Positions 56,613 through 64,000 of a DNA stretch of 64,000 nt are shown in pieces. Position 1 is the stretch's first letter. Every line of letters begins with the position of its first letter. Both the position numbers and the translations under genes were made by a program. The notes beneath the pieces are model-generated. The model was not told where the DNA came from, made no database searches, and saw only the letters and a program-made list of their open reading frames with translations. The stretch lies in the sequence record MW373745.1. One strand, 5' to 3'.

Positions 56613-56908
56613 TTTATCGCCTTGCCCTTGCATTAGGAAAAACCATAGGCGAGTTAGAACAAAGTATAACACAAAGTGAGTTTAACGAGTGGATGTATTT
56701 CTTAAGCACCGAGCCTTTAGCAAGTGATAGAAACGAAATGCAAATGAGTATTTTACTTAATATGTTAGCTTCTTTTATGGGTGTAAAATCGACTAATGAA
56801 GACTTTTTATTATGCTCTCATTTAAAACATACTAAGCAAAATACTAACGAAAATCAAAAAATCGATATTAAAAAATTACAAGATGACTTTTTAAGTCTTT
56901 TAGGATAG
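56256..56908 (+). CDS. gpGT-like fusion by -1 programmed frameshift at C_CCA_AAG (56585-56591)
   Basis: The -1 frame opens at 56582 and reads ...IYRLALALGKTIGELEQSITQSEFNEWM...; hairpin at 56599-56625. Confidence 0.8.
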
Positions 56909-57238
56909 ATGATGATTTATTTCTATATTGAATTCTTTTTCGTTTGGATAATTTTGCAAAATTTGCTTAAATTCTTTCGTATAATCATCGCCAAAAGCAT
57001 TATTTTTGATAGCAAATTCCAAAGCAAAAGCACTCATAAGCACACTTTTACCTTGCTTTGTTTTTATGAAATTTTCATGAGCTTCTTTAAAGGCGATAAG
57101 CTCTTTTTCGCAACTTTTATAATCATTAAGAAATTTTTCATTTTTAAATATTTTTTGGCTTTTGCTCCACATCAGAAAAAAGACAAAACAAATAAAAACA
57201 AAAGCAAAAAAATTAAGCTCTATATATGGAAAAAACAT
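56900..57238 (-). CDS. moron-like single-TM protein on the opposite strand
   Basis: 112 aa, N-terminal hydrophobic segment, between GT and the tape measure gene. Confidence 0.65.
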   Translation of the reverse strand: MFFPYIELNFFAFVFICFVFFLMWSKSQKIFKNEKFLNDYKSCEKELIAFKEAHENFIKTKQGKSVLMSAFALEFAIKNNAFGDDYTKEFKQILQNYPNEKEFNIEINHHLS

Positions 57239-57297
57239 AATTTAAAAACTCCATTTTTTATCTTAAATTCTACTCAAAAAAACTAAAAGGAACATAA

Positions 57298-60200
57298 ATG
57301 GCTAAAAATGTTAAAATCGGCGTTAGCGTAGATACAAATAGCGGTGTAGCGAGTATTGGAGGTTTAAATAAAAGTTTTAATCAATTAGGAAATGCTACAC
57401 AAACAACAAATAAATACATAAAAGATATAGAAAAAAGCTTTTTAGGACTTTCAAAAAGCGTAATTGACATGAACGCCCATTTAACACAAGCTTATCAGGG
57501 TTATAAAACTTTAGCACTTGATATAAAAAATTTTGGTAGCTCTTTTATAGAAGCAAGTAAAAGTTTTGAGACTGCAAAAACTCAACTTGCTTTTATAACA
57601 GCCACCACGCATTCAAATATTGATACCACAGGAAAAGCCATATCACAACTTGAAAAATGGAAAGCCGCTACAAAAAGCAGTGAAAAAACCTTTAAAGATT
57701 TTAATGATTTGCATACTAAAACAGGCTATTCTTTGCAGGATTTATCAAGTATGTTTCAATCTTTTGCCTCCACAGCTTTAAATAATATGAGCTTTGATGA
57801 AGCTAAAAAAGCTTTTGAAAGTATTATGATAGCAACCTCAAATACTTCCATGAGTGCTAATCAACTTTCAATTACTATGGATAGTTTAGGAGCTGGGGCA
57901 TTTAGCGCAAGTGGAGATTTAAGAAGATTTGCTGAAAGTTTAGGTATTACAAATGATGCTATGAGCGAAGCAAAGAAAAATGGTAAGCTTTTTGATTTAT
58001 TTATAGAAAAAACCAAAGAGTTAACAAAATATACAGACTACACAACGCAAACCTATGAAAAGCAAATGCAAAAATTTGAAGCTAATATGCAAATGTTACA
58101 AGCTGAAATTTCAAAACCTATTTTTGATACTCTTAAAAGCTCGCTTATAGATATAAACACTTATATTAAAGATAATGAAAAAGAAATTAAAGCGGGCATT
58201 AAAGCTATTACCGAATTTGCTACTTCTTTTAAAGATTTGGCTATTGGTGCAGGACTTGCTTATGTAGCTTTTAAAAGTTTTAATTCTTTTAAGAATTCAT
58301 CTTTTTTTACAAGTCTTAGTAATGGTATTAAGAATGTTAAAAAAGATTATGATGATTTAATAATAAAACAAAAAGAAATGAAAGAACTTGTTATAAATCA
58401 AAGGAATTTAAAATTTCAAGCACAAAGCTTTAAAGATGCTATCAAAGATTTAGAAAGATTGCAAAGCCTTATGCCACAAAAAGCAAAAGAGGTTAGCAAT
58501 TTAGCTCCTTTTTATTCTACAAGCCAAAAAACAATGATAAGTGCTGAAAAAATGCTACTCCAACAAGAAGCCCTTAAAAATATAAGAAATTTAGAAGAAG
58601 AGATTAAGAAAAATGAAACTTTAATTAATGAAAGTATCTTAAAAAGAAATCCTTTGTTAAGCACCATAAAAGGCACTATGAGTAATTTAGCAAATTCTGC
58701 TTTAAATTTTACAAAGGCTTTAGCTCCAACTGCTGGGCTTATAGCTTTGATGACTTTTATAGAAAAGCTTTATACGAATTGGGATAATTTTGACAAAGCT
58801 TTAGAAAAAACATCAAAAAGAAAGCTAGAAAACAAAAGTTCAAAAGAATTAGATGAGTATGTTAAAAATCTTAAAAGTCAAATGGATGCCTTAGAAGCAA
58901 ATGGAAGTGTTTTGGGAGCTCAAATCACATCAAAATTAGATTTTTGGTATATAAAAGAAGGTGTAGAAAGTGTTTTAAAAGGCACTGATTATATGTTTGA
59001 AAGTGTTACCGGAAAACAGCTAAAAATGAATAAAGAAGCTAGAAAAGCTTACGAACAAATACAGGCAAATTTAAAACTAGCCGAAGAAGCCGCCAAAAAA
59101 GCAAAGGAGCAAGAATTTAAACTAGAAGCTATTGATAATCTCCCTGCTAGTGTTAGCAAAGCCATGGAAAGTTTGAAAGCTTTAAGGATACCGCAAAGCA
59201 CAGAAGAACAAGCCGAAAATTTAAGAAAACAATATGAGCTTATCAGCGAAACCATACAACAAATCACGAATAATGCAAATTGGAATAAAGACTTAGCAAA
59301 ATTAGAGCAATATAACGCTTTAGTAGCTCAAAGAACGCATTATGAAGAATATATAAATAAACAAGAAGAGCAAAGATTAAAAAAAGAAAAAGAAATCGCC
59401 AATCAAAAACTGGCAGAACGCATCAAAGAACAAAATGAAGCCTTAAAAGAAATTTCACAAATAGGCATGAGTGAATACGATAAAAAATTAAGCCAAATTA
59501 ATGAAAAATTAAAAGTATGGAAAAAGTTAGGCATTGATAAAAACAAATTAAAACAAGCAGAAGAAAGCCTTAAAATTAATCTTGATCTAGAAAGTGCAAA
59601 TAAAGACTTTGAAGATACTAAAAATTTAATGATTGAATTTTATGAAAGTATAGAAAATAAGCAGGAAGCTTGGGCATTAAAAGAAATTGAGCTAAGAGAC
59701 AAATACAGCAAATTATTAAGTGAAAATCTCATCAAAGAAGAAGATTTTAAAAAGATGATAAAAGCCAATAAAGACGCTTATTTTCAAATGGGCAAAGACA
59801 GTAAAAAAGCCATGAGCGAAGTAGAAAAAAACTATAATCAAATGATAGCAAATATGCAAAAAACGATAGAAAGTAGCTTTTTTGATGTTATAAATGGGAA
59901 AATAAAAACCTTAAAAGATTTGTTTAAAGATTTAGGAAAAACCATTTTACAAGATTTTTTAAGTCCTTATATTTCATCACTTAGTGGCTTTTTATCTAAG
60001 GCAGGAGCTGGAGTATTGAGCGGTTTAATGCCTAATTTTGCTTTTGGTAATGTGAATTCACACTCGCAAACAAATGCTTTTAGCTCAGTTGTTGAATTTG
60101 CTAAAAATCAAGGTTTAAATTTAAATAGTGATGGCAAATATCAAGGTGTGGTTAATGGTGTTGAGGTAGTCATGGATAAAACAGGCACCATAGAAAAAGG

Positions 60201-62997
60201 AAATAATGCTTTTAATAATGTGAGTAATATTATAGAGGGTGCAAGTAAATTAGATGGCATTATGAGTGGCGAATGGATAGATAAAGCGGGCGCCACTTAT
60301 GATAAAGTTATGAATTGGTTTGGCAGTAGTCAAAATGCAGGAAGTGAAATAAGTTTTAGTGATGCTTTAAATGCGGATGGTTTTAGTGATTTTTTAAGTT
60401 CAAGTTCTGATATTAGCACTACTATTGAAAATTCAAGCACAAATATTATAGATAGTATAGGCAATGGCTTTAATTCTTTATTTGATAATTTACAAGGTTA
60501 TATCAATTCAATAGGCACTTTTGGCAGTAATCTTTTAGCTAATGGTTCAGCTTATTTGGCAAATTTTTTAGGACTTGGTGCAAGCTTTACAAACGGTGCT
60601 TCTTTGGCGGGTATGGGATTAAGTGGTGCAAGTAATGCTTTATCTCTTGGTTTTGGTGGGGGCTTGGGCTATATAGGTGGCACTTTAGCTAATGCAGCAA
60701 TGGGCGGACTTCTAGGTTATGGCATAGGAAGCTTAGGTGATTGGCTTTTTAAGGCTGATACTCACGCAGGAACAGGTGGTGCGATAGGTGGTGCATTAGG
60801 TAGTATTATAATGCCTGGCATTGGAACTATAGTAGGTGGGCTTTTAGGATCAGTCATTGGCGGTATTTTTGGAAAAACCAAAGTAACAGGAAGCGGCTTA
60901 CAACTTTGGGAAAATATAAATTTTAGTGATTTTTTTACAAATTCTAATTTGCAAGGTTATGTAGACTATCAAAAGAAAGGATGGTTTAGTAAAAAAAGCT
61001 GGACAGAGTATAATAATTTAAGTGATAAAAAAATCAAAGAAATCAATCGTGTTTTAGAAAACCAATACGCAACACTTGTAAAATTAAATGCCAATTTAGA
61101 TAAGTTTGAATTAGTAGCTGGAAAATACGCTAATAATTCTTTATTTGATACGGCTTTGCCTACTGCACTTTTAAAAAGCTTTTTAAATATCGATGATAAA
61201 AGCGAAATCGATGCACAAATTGTAGCAATACAAGAAAAGGCAAAAGCAAATAATATAAGCTATGCCCAGCAACTTTCTAATCAATTTGGTACTTTTATGC
61301 AAATGCAAACTAGCATTTTAAATCAAATTTATAAAAATGATCCAACAAAACAAGCAAAAATAGCTTATGATGATACCATGTATGCTTTAAAAACTGCGAT
61401 GAGAAATTCCACAGGTGGATTTAGTCTTTTTGGATTAAGTGAAGAAAGCTTTAAAGATTTAGGACAACTTAGTGCCGAAGCACTTAATAAAGCTTTCAAT
61501 GAGAGCTTAAGGCAAGATTTTAGCCCTGAGAATTTAGAAATTTGGCAACAATTAACACAAGCTTATACGCAAGCACAAGAACAAGTTAAAAATCTTTTAA
61601 ATTCTATCATACAAAAAACACAAGAACTTATGCAAATCAATCAAAGCTTTTTAAGTGCTAATGGTATTTCAAGTAGTATTTTTGAAGTTAATCATCTAAT
61701 GAATTCTTACGCAACCTTAATGAGCGGTTTAAAAGATGATTTAAATGATAGCGAAAAAGAAATGCTAAAGGATATTTTTAGTGCTAATGATAAGCTTTTA
61801 AGTTTAGGTTATGAGGGTTTAAATGAATTTTTAAGCACGGGTAATACTGAACTTAGAAAACAGCTTGTAGATATCATTACACAATTTAAACAAATAAGCG
61901 ACAAACAAGGCGGTTTAATCTTTTCAAGCGAACATTTAAACAAACTCGCTGAGGTAGAAAAGCTTATTAATGCGTATGAGAACAAAGATGAAAGCAAAGA
62001 AGCAGATCAAGTAAGGTTAAATGAAAATAATAAACTTTTAAGTAAATTAAATAGCGAACTTGGTATTTTAAGTTCTTTGGGTTCTTTTAGCACTAATTTA
62101 ATCAATCAAAGCATAGCTACAAGCGAGAGCGTGGCGCTAAACTACGATAAAATTTTAAAACAAGCTAAAAATGATTTTAAAAATGGCAATCTTACAAGTT
62201 CAAGCTTTAGTGCCTTGCAAAACGCTGCAACGCAAAAAGCAAACGAGATCAAAAATCAAGCTTCAAGCTTTGCAGAGTATCAACTACAAATGCTTAAAAT
62301 GGCAAATGAAATGAAAGATTTAGGTGGTGAGGCAGATTTAAATTCAATACAAGATAAAATAGAAGCCATTACAGAAGAAAATAAAAAATTACAAGAAAAG
62401 TTAGATCAAACTTTAAAAGACACTTCTAATATGACTTTAGAAGAGTTAAAAGAGTATAAAAAAACTCTTATTGCACAAAGTGAAGCAGAAATTGCAAAAA
62501 TGATCGAGTATTTAGGCGAAGAAAGCCCTATGGCTAAATATTTACAAGAAACGATTAAATCTATAAAAGATGGCGCCTCTCTTACAGAAACAACGCTTAA
62601 AAATTTAGAATATGCACTTTTGCAATATCAAAATAATCAGGTAAATATAGATAAAGATTTAAATAATGAGATTAAAAATCCTTACAAAAAAATGAAAGCT
62701 TTTGCAGATGGCGGGATAGTTACACGCCCTACAAATGCTTTAATTGGAGAGAATGGTTATCCTGAGGCTGTAATTCCTTTAAAAAATGGCAAAGGTTTAA
62801 AAATCGATGCAAGTGGAGTTTTTGAAAAAATAGGCATCGCTTTTGAAAAAGCTATTAATAAAGGTTTTAATTCTTTTGAAGAAAAACTAGACTTAATCGC
62901 TTCAAAAATTGACAATGTAGATAAAAGTGTAAAAAGAGCAAATATGGATTTAAGTATTTTAACTAAACAAACTAGAGAAATTGCAGAAAATATTTAA
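57298..62997 (+). CDS. tail tape measure protein
   Basis: 1899 aa, helical, Gly-rich hydrophobic stretch, C-terminal FADGGIVTRPT..GE.G.PEAVIPL. Confidence 0.92.
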   Translation: MAKNVKIGVSVDTNSGVASIGGLNKSFNQLGNATQTTNKYIKDIEKSFLGLSKSVIDMNAHLTQAYQGYKTLALDIKNFGSSFIEASKSFETAKTQLAFITATTHSNIDTTGKAISQLEKWKAATKSSEKTFKDFNDLHTKTGYSLQDLSSMFQSFASTALNNMSFDEAKKAFESIMIATSNTSMSANQLSITMDSLGAGAFSASGDLRRFAESLGITNDAMSEAKKNGKLFDLFIEKTKELTKYTDYTTQTYEKQMQKFEANMQMLQAEISKPIFDTLKSSLIDINTYIKDNEKEIKAGIKAITEFATSFKDLAIGAGLAYVAFKSFNSFKNSSFFTSLSNGIKNVKKDYDDLIIKQKEMKELVINQRNLKFQAQSFKDAIKDLERLQSLMPQKAKEVSNLAPFYSTSQKTMISAEKMLLQQEALKNIRNLEEEIKKNETLINESILKRNPLLSTIKGTMSNLANSALNFTKALAPTAGLIALMTFIEKLYTNWDNFDKALEKTSKRKLENKSSKELDEYVKNLKSQMDALEANGSVLGAQITSKLDFWYIKEGVESVLKGTDYMFESVTGKQLKMNKEARKAYEQIQANLKLAEEAAKKAKEQEFKLEAIDNLPASVSKAMESLKALRIPQSTEEQAENLRKQYELISETIQQITNNANWNKDLAKLEQYNALVAQRTHYEEYINKQEEQRLKKEKEIANQKLAERIKEQNEALKEISQIGMSEYDKKLSQINEKLKVWKKLGIDKNKLKQAEESLKINLDLESANKDFEDTKNLMIEFYESIENKQEAWALKEIELRDKYSKLLSENLIKEEDFKKMIKANKDAYFQMGKDSKKAMSEVEKNYNQMIANMQKTIESSFFDVINGKIKTLKDLFKDLGKTILQDFLSPYISSLSGFLSKAGAGVLSGLMPNFAFGNVNSHSQTNAFSSVVEFAKNQGLNLNSDGKYQGVVNGVEVVMDKTGTIEKGNNAFNNVSNIIEGASKLDGIMSGEWIDKAGATYDKVMNWFGSSQNAGSEISFSDALNADGFSDFLSSSSDISTTIENSSTNIIDSIGNGFNSLFDNLQGYINSIGTFGSNLLANGSAYLANFLGLGASFTNGASLAGMGLSGASNALSLGFGGGLGYIGGTLANAAMGGLLGYGIGSLGDWLFKADTHAGTGGAIGGALGSIIMPGIGTIVGGLLGSVIGGIFGKTKVTGSGLQLWENINFSDFFTNSNLQGYVDYQKKGWFSKKSWTEYNNLSDKKIKEINRVLENQYATLVKLNANLDKFELVAGKYANNSLFDTALPTALLKSFLNIDDKSEIDAQIVAIQEKAKANNISYAQQLSNQFGTFMQMQTSILNQIYKNDPTKQAKIAYDDTMYALKTAMRNSTGGFSLFGLSEESFKDLGQLSAEALNKAFNESLRQDFSPENLEIWQQLTQAYTQAQEQVKNLLNSIIQKTQELMQINQSFLSANGISSSIFEVNHLMNSYATLMSGLKDDLNDSEKEMLKDIFSANDKLLSLGYEGLNEFLSTGNTELRKQLVDIITQFKQISDKQGGLIFSSEHLNKLAEVEKLINAYENKDESKEADQVRLNENNKLLSKLNSELGILSSLGSFSTNLINQSIATSESVALNYDKILKQAKNDFKNGNLTSSSFSALQNAATQKANEIKNQASSFAEYQLQMLKMANEMKDLGGEADLNSIQDKIEAITEENKKLQEKLDQTLKDTSNMTLEELKEYKKTLIAQSEAEIAKMIEYLGEESPMAKYLQETIKSIKDGASLTETTLKNLEYALLQYQNNQVNIDKDLNNEIKNPYKKMKAFADGGIVTRPTNALIGENGYPEAVIPLKNGKGLKIDASGVFEKIGIAFEKAINKGFNSFEEKLDLIASKIDNVDKSVKRANMDLSILTKQTREIAENI

Positions 62998-63009
62998 TAA
63001 GGAAAGAAG

Positions 63010-63879
63010 ATGACTATAATTAAACCTTTAGAATTTGAAGTTTTACAAAATTTAGCTAAAAAAGATGAAACGCCTTTATGGGATAAGGAAGTAAGTTATA
63101 AAAATAATGAAAAAGTGCAATTTAAAGGTTTTGTTTGGGTAAGTGCAAGTGATGAAGATACGCATGAAGAACCTGATGTGTATTTTGATAAATGGGTTAA
63201 ATTTGCACCCATCAATGAAAATGCTTTTTTTGATGATGAATTAAATACTCAAACAAAATGCGATAAAGCTTGGAGTGTAAAATTGAAAGTAGATGGGGTA
63301 TTTGATACTTTAGCATTTTTAAATTTAGATGTTTCAAAAATAAAGATAGAAACATTAGATGGCAAAATCATTTATGAAAAATCAATGTATTATAAAAAAT
63401 CTCGCACTTGGTGGGAATATTTTTTTAGCAAATTTAAAGTCAATAAAGAAGATTTTGTGTTTTTACCTTATCCTATTAACTCAGAAATTTTAATAAGTTT
63501 TGAGCCTGCTAAAATAGGGTGTAATGTAGGACATATTTTAATAGGAAAAAAAGAATTTGCAGGTGTTACAATCTATCCTGCAAATAGCACTTATATAAAT
63601 TACTCAAAAACTTCAACAAATGAATGGGGAGTAACAAATGTAGTAACTGGTAAGAAAGCAAAATACTTAGAATTTATAGTTGCTGTAGAAAAAAAAGACT
63701 TTGATTATTATGATGATTTAATAGCAGGACTTTATAATACTAAAGCCTTATTTATAGGAGATGAAAGCGAATTGGGCTTTAAAAAATTAACTACTTTTGG
63801 AATTTTAAAAGATTATTCTGCACCTTTAGAGGATCAAGATTATATGCAATATAAACTAAATATTCAAGGTTTGATTTAA
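63010..63879 (+). CDS. putative distal tail / minor tail protein
   Basis: 289 aa directly after the tape measure gene. Confidence 0.55.
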   Translation: MTIIKPLEFEVLQNLAKKDETPLWDKEVSYKNNEKVQFKGFVWVSASDEDTHEEPDVYFDKWVKFAPINENAFFDDELNTQTKCDKAWSVKLKVDGVFDTLAFLNLDVSKIKIETLDGKIIYEKSMYYKKSRTWWEYFFSKFKVNKEDFVFLPYPINSEILISFEPAKIGCNVGHILIGKKEFAGVTIYPANSTYINYSKTSTNEWGVTNVVTGKKAKYLEFIVAVEKKDFDYYDDLIAGLYNTKALFIGDESELGFKKLTTFGILKDYSAPLEDQDYMQYKLNIQGLI

Positions 63880-63901
63880 AAAATAAAAAATATCTTCTAA
63901 C

Positions 63902-63934
63902 ACGCACTTTAACGCCTTAAAAATTTTCTAAAAT
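63902..63934 (+). promoter_or_regulatory. 33-bp conserved prophage motif, copy 3
   Basis: Same sequence and spacing as copies 1 and 2. Confidence 0.7.
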
Positions 63935-63964
63935 CCTTATAAAACTTCAAAAAAGGATTTTAAA

Positions 63965-64000
63965 ATGAGTTTTAAAAACATAAGAGCAGATACCGCAAGA
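63965..64000 (+). CDS. 5' end of an ORF leaving the window
   Basis: AAGGA RBS, ATG63965, MSFKNIRADTAR... Confidence 0.55.
   Translation, partial: MSFKNIRADTAR

Larger units (their letters stand above)
50321..64000 (+). mobile_element. HK97-type temperate siphophage/prophage packaging and tail module
   Basis: terS, terL, portal, tail completion, major tail, G/GT chaperones, tape measure. Confidence 0.88.

Noticed and set aside
56909-57286. 125-aa plus-strand ORF
   Set aside because: It fully overlaps the minus-strand membrane gene and looks like antisense shadow sequence; only one is likely real.

Overview
The window holds three segments joined by two 100-N gaps (19862-19961 and 50221-50320). 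Positions 1-50220 are two contigs of a very AT-rich T4-like myovirus, most consistent with Campylobacter group II phages (Firehammervirus, CP220-like). They carry T4-type replication and virion genes (gp52, gp60, gp32, uvsW, gp14, gp15, gp19/54, gp48, gp53, a gp23/24 paralog), nucleotide metabolism (nrdA, nrdB, thyX, tk), three radical SAM enzymes, a sugar-modification cluster and a TnpB. Both contigs end in an ~85-bp repeat array. Positions 50321-64000 are the packaging/tail module of an unrelated HK97-type temperate siphophage, resembling Campylobacter prophages. The most interesting observations are: (1) a late-promoter gene whose product has a Cys-free body, a leader-like helix and a 35-Cys tail with (CDCNYCT)6, near a radical SAM/SPASM enzyme, suggesting RiPP-like modification of a virion protein; (2) an nrdA half-gene that starts with a split-intein C fragment and has its own promoter; (3) a solo TnpB with intact RuvC residues and hairpins at both ends; (4) an orphan PemK/MazF toxin with a convergent promoter and terminator defining a candidate antisense antitoxin RNA; (5) a structured ~90-nt ncRNA candidate, a degenerate Rnl2, and several recurrent regulatory motifs. 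All family assignments come from motif recognition by eye; no searches were run.
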